In this document: in pieces, positions 48,921 through 56,999 of the stretch | Layout: the number at the start of each line of letters is the position of its first letter | Position numbering within the stretch: the first letter of the stretch is position 1 | Source: Candidatus Micrarchaeota archaeon | GTDB lineage: Archaea > Micrarchaeota > Micrarchaeia > Micrarchaeales > CABMGC01 | Direction: 5' to 3' | DNA: 64,000 nt | Assembly (NCBI GenBank): GCA_021818995.1 | Contig: JAKASP010000001.1 | Coordinates: 289,252-353,251 of the forward strand | Notes under the pieces: generated by a model | The model's database searches: none | What the model saw: only the letters and a program-made list of their open reading frames with translations | Told to the model about the DNA's origin: nothing | Program-made: the position numbers and the translations under genes

Positions 48921-49340
48921 ATGGGGGTTAAGATGGCATATGAAGAGTTCGACGTACTGTCCGAAGCATTGGCGGAGGAATTCGGGTTGACTGTGAAAAA
49001 GAAACCAGGCAATGCGCAGTTTTTCAGGGTGGAAACAGAAGCGGTAACAAACCCACACCTGAGGGCGCCCGAGAGCGTGCCAGTGTATCATGTTCTTGGG
49101 ATAGATCAACATGGCGACGTGATTAACATTGTGGCCGAAAAGAATTCTCAGTATAAGGAGAAGATCATGAACCTTGAAGATTTTTCAAAGAGACTTGACG
49201 CTTTTCTCAGAAAGCGCGGCTTCGAACAAAATGAGTATCCGGTAAGAGGACAACACGACCTCGCAGTTTCCCTAAGTTACAGTTTCTGGAGAAAGGAAAT
49301 AGAAGTGAAGGAGGCAGCGCCGAAGCTCAGAGTTAGATAG
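48921..49340 (+). CDS. Hypothetical protein
   Basis: 139-aa ORF, AT-richer than its neighbours. Confidence 0.65.
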   Translation: MGVKMAYEEFDVLSEALAEEFGLTVKKKPGNAQFFRVETEAVTNPHLRAPESVPVYHVLGIDQHGDVINIVAEKNSQYKEKIMNLEDFSKRLDAFLRKRGFEQNEYPVRGQHDLAVSLSYSFWRKEIEVKEAAPKLRVR

Positions 49341-49890
49341 GCCCGCTTGTGATTTTCAGCGCTTCGTCCATTATCTTCCGCTCCGCTTCAGAGAAAACGC
49401 CATCCTTCATGAACTTCTTGCTCTTCATCACGTAATCCAAAAGCTCCTGCCTCTTTCCTTCCTTCTTCATCGTCTTGGCCATTATCTTTGCAGGATCCTC
49501 TTCTTTCAACTCCTTCTCGGCCTCAGCTAGCCAGCCCTCGCACTCCTTGCTGTAGTCGCTCAGCATGACTATCTGCCTCAGCTCAAGCAGGAACCTTTGC
49601 AGCTCCTCTATTCTCGCGAGGTCCTCGTGCCCGACCTTCGCGTGCTCGATGTACTCGCCGAATTGTCTCTCTATATTCTTGTGCTCCTTTATGATTTGCG
49701 AAAGTAGGAATGCGTCGCGCTCCTGGCCGCTCGCGCCCTCGTCGAGCGTGGGAAGCTGGCCCTCGAGCGAGATTCTCTTCTTCTCCAGCTGCTCGTGCAT
49801 CACCGAGACTGCCTGCGAGAGAAGCTCGTCGCGCATCTTAGAAATTATGCCGTCGCAGACCATCCAGGCCGGCATCTCTTCCTTTGGCAT
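49333..49890 (-). CDS. Hypothetical alpha-helical protein
   Basis: 185 aa; host-like codon usage. Confidence 0.75.
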   Translation of the reverse strand: MPKEEMPAWMVCDGIISKMRDELLSQAVSVMHEQLEKKRISLEGQLPTLDEGASGQERDAFLLSQIIKEHKNIERQFGEYIEHAKVGHEDLARIEELQRFLLELRQIVMLSDYSKECEGWLAEAEKELKEEDPAKIMAKTMKKEGKRQELLDYVMKSKKFMKDGVFSEAERKIMDEALKITSGPI

Positions 49891-50027
49891 TATCTTCAGA
49901 CTTCGTTTAGTGTCGTAGTAAGCTATATAAACCTTATGAGCCCTAATTCTCCTTCACGTGTTAAGGTGCATTTATTTTATCCCCACCCACCACACCTTAA
50001 CACCTCTTTCTCTTTAACAGCCAAAAT

Positions 50028-50327
50028 CTAGCTGTCGCGCGGTCTCAGGTAGAGGAGATCTTCCTTGAAGCTTCCTTTCCTGAGCGCCCTCTTGTCCCAC
50101 GCGCGCTCGAGCGTCCTCTCAATCTCGGCATCTACTCCGCCTGTGCTCAGCAGATCCATCTCGTACTGGATTGTAAGTTGCCTGTTCGGCTCCTCTTCTG
50201 GCCTGTGCCTTGAAACTGCAAGCACGCTCCCGTTCCCCTTCACAGTCGCCCCGCTCCTCATCTCCATTAGCGCATGGAAATGCGCTTTCATAAGCTGGGG
50301 CATGAACTGCTCCAGCTCCCTTTGCAT
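50028..50327 (-). CDS. Hypothetical protein (5' end uncertain)
   Basis: 99-aa ORF; the frame stays open for 17 further codons upstream. Confidence 0.6.
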   Translation of the reverse strand: MQRELEQFMPQLMKAHFHALMEMRSGATVKGNGSVLAVSRHRPEEEPNRQLTIQYEMDLLSTGGVDAEIERTLERAWDKRALRKGSFKEDLLYLRPRDS

Positions 50328-50449
50328 CTTCTCGTCTGCAAGGTACCTGCCGAGTAGCCTGTACTGGTTCTCCGCCGTTCAATCACTGGTCGCGGAGTAA
50401 ATGAAAAAGATAGATTTATACGCGTAGCGTCCTGTGTTGACAGTTGCCG

Positions 50450-50887
50450 CTACCTTCCGCGGTAGGGCTTGATGCCCCTCCTCTCCCTTACAACTATCGC
50501 CTTTGCCCTCCCAACTTCCTTCGGGAACTCCCTCCCGCGGCTCAGCAGGTTCGTCTCAGTCTTCTTGGCCTTGAACTTCTCAGAGATGTACCTTGTTGCC
50601 TTGTCCGTGTCGAACGCCTTGCAGGAGAAGATGTCTACAGACGCGTACTTTTGGTGTACGAAGGTGTGTATGCTTATGTGCGACGTGGCTATTATCACGA
50701 ATGCGGAGATGCCCCCTTTGTCGAAGGTGCCCTTGCTGCCCTCGTAGGGGAGCACCTGCGGCTTGCTTATCTTCTTCATGTCAAGAAGCCCTGGCATCTC
50801 GTCAAGTATGCGGTATACGTGCGCCATGTCGCCGAGCAGCTTGGCATCGCAGCCATACAGGTCTATTGTTAGGTGTGGTCCGAACAT
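50450..50887 (-). CDS. speD: Pyruvoyl-dependent S-adenosylmethionine decarboxylase (SpeD/SpeH) family proenzyme
   Basis: GPHLTIDLYGC, SHISIHTF, SVDIFSCK; the cleavage dipeptide is T-S rather than E-S. Confidence 0.85.
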   Translation of the reverse strand: MFGPHLTIDLYGCDAKLLGDMAHVYRILDEMPGLLDMKKISKPQVLPYEGSKGTFDKGGISAFVIIATSHISIHTFVHQKYASVDIFSCKAFDTDKATRYISEKFKAKKTETNLLSRGREFPKEVGRAKAIVVRERRGIKPYRGR

Positions 50888-50896
50888 ATCTTGCCC

Positions 50897-50995
50897 TTAT
50901 CTCCCCGAGACCACAGTAGTAACTTTGGAACAAGTGTAAGAACCAGCAGCATTTTTTCGTGTCGCCTTCACGAACAGTTCCGTATTTGAAACCAT
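50897..50995 (-). CDS. Putative 32-aa leader uORF upstream of speD
   Basis: ATG behind AAGGATAAGG; stop codon ends 9 nt before the speD ATG. Confidence 0.35.
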   Translation of the reverse strand: MVSNTELFVKATRKNAAGSYTCSKVTTVVSGR

Positions 50996-51141
50996 CCTTA
51001 TCCTTTCGTTGTTAGGAGAAGTTTGCGGTAACAAGTATTTAAGCCTATTTCCTGCGTGCCATGTAATCCTGGTGCGTCTGCGCGACCCGCAGGTCAGATA
51101 TTTTAAACAGTTCTTGCCAAGTAGGGAAGGGAGGTGTTGAT

Positions 51142-52788
51142 ATCGCAAGGGTAATAGTGACATCGGCGCTGCCGTATGTCTACTCGGTGCCCCACCTGGG
51201 CAACTTCGTGGGCTCGGTGCTGCCCGCGGACGTCTACTTCAAGTACCTCAAAATGAAGGGCGACGACGCCATCTTCATCTGCGGCTCTGACCAGCACGGC
51301 ACCCCGATAGAGCTTGCGGCCATAAAGAAGGGCGTGGAGCCTGACAAACTCGCCGATGAGCTGCACGCCACTGTGAAAAACCTGTTCGAGAAGTACCACT
51401 GCACGTTCACGCACTACGGGAAGACGCACACTGAGGAGAACAGGGAGGTAACATACGGGGTCTTCAACGAGCTCTACAACAACGGCTACATTCTAGAGCG
51501 CGAGGACATGCAGGCGTACTGCAACATAGACAAGCGTTTCCTTACAGACCGCTTCATCCAGGGCACATGCCCGTACTGCCACAAACGAAGCGCACGCGGC
51601 GACCAGTGTGACAACTGCGGCAGGCTACTCGAGCCGACCCAGGTCATCGACCCGTTCTGCGCCATATGCGGCAAGAGCGACATCACGTTCAAGAAGACAA
51701 AGAACCTCGCCTTCGAGCTGAACAAGCTGCAGAGCGAGCTTAAGGAGTTCATAAAGAAGAACGGCAAGCACAACTGGAGCAAGGACGCTGTGAACAAGTC
51801 GCTCAGCATGATAAAGGAGGGCCTCAAGCCGAGGGACATAACAAGGAACATGAAGTGGGGCTTCCCGGTGCCCCTGACCGGCTACGAGAACTACGTAATC
51901 TACGTCTGGTTCGACGCCCCCCTGGGCTACATAGGCATAACCAAGGAGTGGAACTCGAAGAGGTGGCGCGACTACTGGCAGAACGAGCACACGCAACTGG
52001 TGCAGTTCCTGGGCAAGGACAACACCACGTTCCACACAATCTTCTGGCCAGCGGAGCTGATAGGATCAAGGCTCGGGTTCGTGCTTCCATTTACCATAAA
52101 GGAATCGCAGTTCCTGGTCTCGAAGCAGCTGAAGTTCTCGAAGAGCCAGGGAGTTGGCCTGAACATGAGGACCGCGCTCGAGATACTCGGAGCGGACTAC
52201 TGGAGGTTCGCGCTCATGTACATGTACCCGGAGAACGCGGACAGCGAGTTCACAGAGCATGGGCTGGAGGAGATAGTCAATGTGATTATGAACGACAAGA
52301 TAGGCAACCTTGCGCAGCGCGTGCTCAAGCTCTCGAAGAGCAACAAGTTCCTGGCCGAGGGAGAGGTGTCGGCGAAGGACGACGCCAACGTGAAGAAGAT
52401 AGTCAAGGAATACAGAAACGCGTTCGACAAGCTGCAGCTGAAGAGGGCGATAGGCACCGTGGTCAAGCTTGCTGATCTGGGGAACAGGATAATGAGTAGC
52501 AAGGAGCCGTGGACGCTTGTGAAGAAGGCCAGGGAGGACGCGAAGGTGGAGAAGCAGACAAGGAAGATCTTCTCGGAGCTTCTCGCCATAACCTACGCGC
52601 TCGGCATACTCCTCTACCCGTTCGCGCCAAAGGCGAGCGCGGAGTTGCTCGCATATTTCGGGATAAAGTCGGAGCCCACGCTCGAGATGCTGGACCAGAA
52701 GGTCAAGCCCAATCTGGAGGCTGAGCCGAAACCGATCTTCCAGAAGATGACGGGCAAGGAGATAGAGAAGCTGCAGAAGTACGCATGA
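51142..52788 (+). CDS. metG: Methionyl-tRNA synthetase without the C-terminal tRNA-binding domain; start at ATC 51142 proposed (ORF track: GTG 51157)
   Basis: TSALPY, HLGN, zinc knuckles, YVWFDA, KFSKS. Confidence 0.96.
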   Translation: MARVIVTSALPYVYSVPHLGNFVGSVLPADVYFKYLKMKGDDAIFICGSDQHGTPIELAAIKKGVEPDKLADELHATVKNLFEKYHCTFTHYGKTHTEENREVTYGVFNELYNNGYILEREDMQAYCNIDKRFLTDRFIQGTCPYCHKRSARGDQCDNCGRLLEPTQVIDPFCAICGKSDITFKKTKNLAFELNKLQSELKEFIKKNGKHNWSKDAVNKSLSMIKEGLKPRDITRNMKWGFPVPLTGYENYVIYVWFDAPLGYIGITKEWNSKRWRDYWQNEHTQLVQFLGKDNTTFHTIFWPAELIGSRLGFVLPFTIKESQFLVSKQLKFSKSQGVGLNMRTALEILGADYWRFALMYMYPENADSEFTEHGLEEIVNVIMNDKIGNLAQRVLKLSKSNKFLAEGEVSAKDDANVKKIVKEYRNAFDKLQLKRAIGTVVKLADLGNRIMSSKEPWTLVKKAREDAKVEKQTRKIFSELLAITYALGILLYPFAPKASAELLAYFGIKSEPTLEMLDQKVKPNLEAEPKPIFQKMTGKEIEKLQKYA

Positions 52789-52791
52789 TGG

Positions 52792-53322
52792 TCACGTGTA
52801 CTTTGCGTCTATGTTCGCGACCTGCTGTATCACGTTCCCGTATCCTGGCACCGTGTAGTTGAGCCAGACGAAACCCGTGTAGCCTGTGCCGAGTGTTCCG
52901 GTCGCGATCCCGCTGCCCGAATAGCAGTAGAGGATGAGCGTGTTGCTAGACCCGCTGTAGAGGTTTATCCCTGTTCCGGGGGAGTTCGTACCGAAGTAGT
53001 ACGTGGGCGTGTTCGCCACATAGATGTTGCCGTAAGCCGGTTTGTTGCCCGATGAGCTCGGTAGCGACGAGCATGCAGCGCCGTTTATGGTTATTGTGCC
53101 GCCGGTTGCCTGCGAGAGCTGCAGCGTGAGTATCCCGCTCCTGTTCAGTATGAACGCCTCGCACGAGAAGCCCGGGGAGGCTGTGCACGACGACGATGCG
53201 AGCGCCGGGGAGAGCACGCTTACTTTGTAGATGACCGCCACGGCTATGAAGATTATGATGAGGGCTATGCCATACGACATCATGAAGTCGACGGCGGCCT
53301 GGGCGCGCACTTCACGTAGCAT
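52792..53322 (-). CDS. Type IV pilin-like protein with a class III signal peptide
   Basis: RA|QAAVDFMMSYG, hydrophobic helix, C-x6-C. Confidence 0.82.
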   Translation of the reverse strand: MLREVRAQAAVDFMMSYGIALIIIFIAVAVIYKVSVLSPALASSSCTASPGFSCEAFILNRSGILTLQLSQATGGTITINGAACSSLPSSSGNKPAYGNIYVANTPTYYFGTNSPGTGINLYSGSSNTLILYCYSGSGIATGTLGTGYTGFVWLNYTVPGYGNVIQQVANIDAKYT

Positions 53323-53349
53323 AGAATAAGTATCAAAATTCGAGTTTAT

Positions 53350-53841
53350 TTAACTTACCTGTCCAGGTTCGACTTGCTTTGGCTGCTCCTTTCTAAAACC
53401 AACTTTTACAAGAAGCGCCACAGTCTCATCATGGGAAAGGTACTCCGGGGCGTGCGCCATCCTCGTGAAACCGATTTCAGAAAGTTCGTAAACCGCTTTT
53501 CCGAGTTCGTAAGCGCGTTCTGCTTCTTTCCCGACTCCGCCCATGACAAAGCCCCTGAACTTCGTGAACACCAGCGCGTCGCATTTCTCCACGACTCCCA
53601 GGTAGAAGTCCATGTCCCTTATGTGTAACTCTTTGATGTCAGCAGGATTCACTATTCTGTAACCCTTGAACCATTGTGCTATTGAATAGATGTTGGCCTT
53701 TTCCTCCTGTGTGCCATACACTGGCTGGGCGTGGGCGAAATAGACCGTGTTCTGCTTCCGCAAGAGCGTCTTCGGCATCAAAATATCTAGCGCTTCAGAT
53801 GCAACTTTTGGATCGACTTTGTACTTTGCAGCCTCTGCCAT
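53350..53841 (-). CDS. Nucleoside 2-deoxyribosyltransferase-like protein
   Basis: VYFAH, NP, CDALV, GVGKE...A...GK.VY. Confidence 0.6.
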   Translation of the reverse strand: MAEAAKYKVDPKVASEALDILMPKTLLRKQNTVYFAHAQPVYGTQEEKANIYSIAQWFKGYRIVNPADIKELHIRDMDFYLGVVEKCDALVFTKFRGFVMGGVGKEAERAYELGKAVYELSEIGFTRMAHAPEYLSHDETVALLVKVGFRKEQPKQVEPGQVS

Positions 53842-54456
53842 CTACTTTACCTTTATTTCGACCTTTGCCTCGAAGTCGGAGACGCTGTGCTTGAACTCGT
53901 CATTACCTTTAATCAGGCCCTTCTCCTTCATGAACTCCCTGGCAAGGAGCCAGTAGACAAGCGCGATCGAGCGCCTGCTCTTGTTGTTGCATGGTATCAC
54001 GAGATCGACGAACTTTATCCAGTTGTCTGTGTCGCAAAGCGCCACTATCGGCACGTTTATCTTGCTCGCTTCCTTTACCGCCTGGCGCTCGTTCCTCGTG
54101 TCGCTCACAAGAACGATCTCAGGCTCGAAGAAATCCCCTCGGTTGGGGTTCGTGAATATGCCCGGCATGACCCTGCCCTCCACCATGTGCGTCCCCGTTA
54201 TCTCAGCGAACTTCTTTGCAGGTGTTATCGCATAGATTCTCGACGCCGTAACCACAATCTCCTTCTGCTCGTATCCAGCGAGCAGCTTCGCCGCGGCCTT
54301 TATCCTCTTGTCGGTGACGTCAACGTCAAGCATGTAGAGGCCATCGCCCCTTCTCTTGCTTATGAACCTGCTCATTCCAGGGGTTCGCACCATCGTGCCC
54401 GCCTGGATGTGCGAGTACAGGTACTCGTTCGCGTCCACAAGCGCTTCTTCACTCAT
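53842..54456 (-). CDS. rps2: 30S ribosomal protein S2
   Basis: GRVMPGIFTNP, QAVKEA, ALCDTDN, DLVIPCNNK. Confidence 0.96.
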   Translation of the reverse strand: MSEEALVDANEYLYSHIQAGTMVRTPGMSRFISKRRGDGLYMLDVDVTDKRIKAAAKLLAGYEQKEIVVTASRIYAITPAKKFAEITGTHMVEGRVMPGIFTNPNRGDFFEPEIVLVSDTRNERQAVKEASKINVPIVALCDTDNWIKFVDLVIPCNNKSRRSIALVYWLLAREFMKEKGLIKGNDEFKHSVSDFEAKVEIKVK

Positions 54457-54474
54457 CGTTTCACCAAATTTTTA

Positions 54475-54569
54475 CGGGGTCGCCGCGATTTCCAAGCAGT
54501 TATCTGCTCTTTGAACGCGGGTCTTGTGCGCCCTAGGCACAAAGCCTAACCAAGCTAGCCGACGACCCC
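54475..54569 (-). tRNA. tRNA-Pro(AGG) with a 21-nt intron at 59/60 (intron 54489-54509)
   Basis: Acceptor GGGGTCG/CGACCCC; anticodon arm TGTGC-CTAGGGC-GCACA; bulge-helix-bulge in the T-loop; usual tRNA-Pro position after rpoN. Confidence 0.9.
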
Positions 54570-54607
54570 TTGCCAATCATTAGTTTCTAACCATTTTAAT
54601 TGTATCT

Positions 54608-54865
54608 CTATGAATCTCTTTTCGGAGCCGTCAATTCCAAGCCCCTTTCACTTATCCCGTACTTCGTGGTTTCTCCCTTCCTGTCAAACCTTGTCACAAG
54701 GCCGAACCACGAAAGCTCTCCAAGGGCTGCGGAAACGCTTCTCTTGCTGGCTTCTGGTAGCTTTTCCGAGATGTCTTCTTTTGTAAGCGCGGAGAACTTC
54801 TCTTGACGTAAGAGTTCCATTATCTGAGGTTTTGCGCCACTCATCCTGAGCTTAAACACTACCAT
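54608..54865 (-). CDS. Small winged-helix protein
   Basis: IMELL...LTKEDI...SKRSVSAALGEL...GLV...YGIS. Confidence 0.65.
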   Translation of the reverse strand: MVVFKLRMSGAKPQIMELLRQEKFSALTKEDISEKLPEASKRSVSAALGELSWFGLVTRFDRKGETTKYGISERGLELTAPKRDS

Positions 54866-54869
54866 CGGT

Positions 54870-55070
54870 TCACTTTCTTCCGTAGTTTATTATCTCGTCA
54901 ATCAGGTCAACGTGGCTTATCAGCATGCGTCTGCAGCAGTAGCGCTTGACCCCGAGGTCGTCGAGCACCTTGCCCGCGTCCTCGCCGTTCTTGTTGACGC
55001 GCTTGTCGAACTCCTCCCATTTGTCAGCGACGACCTGTCCGCAGGAGAAACATCTTACTGGTATCATCAT
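54870..55070 (-). CDS. rpoN: RNA polymerase subunit N (Rpo10)
   Basis: IPVRCFSCG...[10 protein letters not shown]. Confidence 0.97.
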   Translation of the reverse strand: MMIPVRCFSCGQVVADKWEEFDKRVNKNGEDAGKVLDDLGVKRYCCRRMLISHVDLIDEIINYGRK

Positions 55071-55074
55071 TTTC

Positions 55075-55227
55075 TCAATTCCTCTTTTCTCTTGAAATAA
55101 GATTTCCGTGAGTGTCGACTTCAGAAGCTACTGTAGGATATCTCAGCGCCTCATATAAAACCCTAGCAAAATACTTAGGGAAATATGCCACTTCTATAGC
55201 AACGTGTTTTGCTTTCTCCTTGTCCAT
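55075..55227 (-). CDS. Putative 50-aa protein between rps9 and rpoN (not in the ORF track)
   Basis: [50 protein letters not shown]; fills the gap with 4-5 nt spacers. Confidence 0.6.
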   Translation of the reverse strand: MDKEKAKHVAIEVAYFPKYFARVLYEALRYPTVASEVDTHGNLISREKRN

Positions 55228-55232
55228 AAGCG

Positions 55233-55766
55233 TCATCTATACGACTTCTGGAACCTGGCCCTTGCCTTAGGTCCCTTGTACTTCTTCGGCTCGACCTGGC
55301 GGACGTCGTCTACAAGCAGCGTTCGGTCGTAGTCCATGTACATCTTCTTTATCACGTCGCTGCTCGAGGCCTTCGCGAGCACCTTCGCCAGCGCGCTCCT
55401 CGCGGCCTGCGCCTGCCCGCTCGATCCCCCGCCATAGGCCACTATGCTTATGTCCGACTTGCCCGCTATCTCCTTGGTTATGCTGCTTATGTTCACAGGC
55501 TCGAGTATCATCTCCCTGAGCTCCTTCGGCTTCAGGGTCGCAATGTCGAAGTTGTTGAACGTTATCCTCGCGGCACCGGGCATAAGCCTTGCCCTCGCGA
55601 CAGCCATCTTCCTCCTCGCCTTCTCCATCACGGGCTTGTTCTTCTTCGCTACAGTCTTCCTCCTTACCGGCGCCCTCTTCGCGGCCTGCTTCTGCTGCGG
55701 CTCTGCCTGCGGGATCACAGCAGCAAGCTCTTTGTTCAGGTTGTCAAGACCGCTCTCGTTCGCCAT
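55233..55766 (-). CDS. rps9: 30S ribosomal protein S9 with an N-terminal extension
   Basis: GGGSSGQAQA, YDRTLLVDD.R..EPKK..GPKARARFQKSYR. Confidence 0.96.
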   Translation of the reverse strand: MANESGLDNLNKELAAVIPQAEPQQKQAAKRAPVRRKTVAKKNKPVMEKARRKMAVARARLMPGAARITFNNFDIATLKPKELREMILEPVNISSITKEIAGKSDISIVAYGGGSSGQAQAARSALAKVLAKASSSDVIKKMYMDYDRTLLVDDVRQVEPKKYKGPKARARFQKSYR

Positions 55767-56206
55767 CAGTTCACCTTGTATCCCAGCTTCTCGGAGAGTT
55801 CGCCCACGGTCATAGAGCTCTCGTAAGATTCGCGCTTGTTCTTCAGCTGCTCTTTTGCCTGTTTCTCTTTGCCCAGTTCGGATGGAGTGCCGACGTAGAC
55901 CCTGAGCCTCTTGAAGGCCTCCCTTCCCTTTGCCTTCTTCCAGGGCAGCATGCCCCTTACTACCCTCTTGACCAAAAGATCCGGCCTCCTTGACCAGTAG
56001 GGCGAGTGCTCCGGGTTTGCCTTGTCAACGAACTCGAGCCTCTGCTTGTAGTTGGCCACGATGTCGCTAACGTGTCCGCTTATCGCCGCCTTCTCCGCGT
56101 TGACAAGCGCCACCTTGTTTCCCTGCAAGAGAAGCTTAGCCGCGTGGCTAGCCAGCCTGCCGAGTATCTGCGAATCGCAGTCTATGACGTATTCCTTCTC
56201 AGCCAT
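55766..56206 (-). CDS. rpl13: 50S ribosomal protein L13
   Basis: ILGRLAS, VNAEKA.ISG, RPD...R.VRGMLP. Confidence 0.96.
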   Translation of the reverse strand: MAEKEYVIDCDSQILGRLASHAAKLLLQGNKVALVNAEKAAISGHVSDIVANYKQRLEFVDKANPEHSPYWSRRPDLLVKRVVRGMLPWKKAKGREAFKRLRVYVGTPSELGKEKQAKEQLKNKRESYESSMTVGELSEKLGYKVN

Positions 56207-56255
56207 TCAATTTCCTGTTAAGCTTTTACTCTTCTTAATCCTTGCCGTGAGCATC

Positions 56256-56341
56256 TGCGGGGGATGGGATTTGAACCCATGCAGGTTCTAGACCACAAGA
56301 GCCTCAGTCTTGCGCATTTGGCCAAGCTCTGCCACCCCCGC
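56256..56341 (-). tRNA. tRNA-Leu(GAG)
   Basis: Cloverleaf, loop CT-GAG-GC, long variable arm, A73. Confidence 0.95.
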
Positions 56342-56347
56342 GCGTTT

Positions 56348-56929
56348 TTATTTCTTCAGCTCTTTGTGCACATCTTTCAATCCAGAACTTATTATATCCA
56401 ACGCACGTCTCATTATCTCGTTGGCGTTCATCTGCCCGAACGACTCGAAATAGAACTCAAAATCCTTCCCGTTCTTGGTCTTGTAGCTCACAATTCCGGG
56501 CTGGAACTTGGCGCTCCTGCTCCCGGTGCCAAGCACCGCCTTACCGTCAACGCGGAGCCTCTGGCCCTCGGCGAGCTTTATGATCGGTATGTCAGCGTTA
56601 GCGACCTTTACGCTCTTGTCGCTGCTCTTCATCTCCTTCGAGTAGACTGTCGCGGGTCCCTCGGCTTCGAGCGAGAAAACAATCTCGTCCTTCTCGTCGT
56701 AGTCCTTCGGGGTGAGTATGGGAACCAGCCCGAGCCTGTGCGCTAGGTACTCGTCGAAGATCGCACTCGTGTTCTCGTAGAACGTGACCGTGTCTATCGC
56801 AAAGCAGCCCACTCCGCCGATGGCTGTCCTGCGTATCGCGTTGGCCATTCCGTAGCCTATCCCGCTTACGTCTACGCGCAGCACCTTTGGTGAGTTCTCG
56901 ATCACGCTAACCTTCATCAAATCAGTCAA
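56348..56929 (-). CDS. rpoD: RNA polymerase subunit D (Rpo3), short form without the Fe-S domain
   Basis: ANAIRR, ENTSAIFDEYLAHRLGLVP, IPIIKL..GQ, FES.GQ. Confidence 0.95.
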   Translation of the reverse strand: MTDLMKVSVIENSPKVLRVDVSGIGYGMANAIRRTAIGGVGCFAIDTVTFYENTSAIFDEYLAHRLGLVPILTPKDYDEKDEIVFSLEAEGPATVYSKEMKSSDKSVKVANADIPIIKLAEGQRLRVDGKAVLGTGSRSAKFQPGIVSYKTKNGKDFEFYFESFGQMNANEIMRRALDIISSGLKDVHKELKK

Positions 56930-56999
56930 GAATAAGGCAAAAGCCTTATTTATATTCGAGTTAACACTATTTAAAGATAGCGGCTTGTTGGAGATTGGA

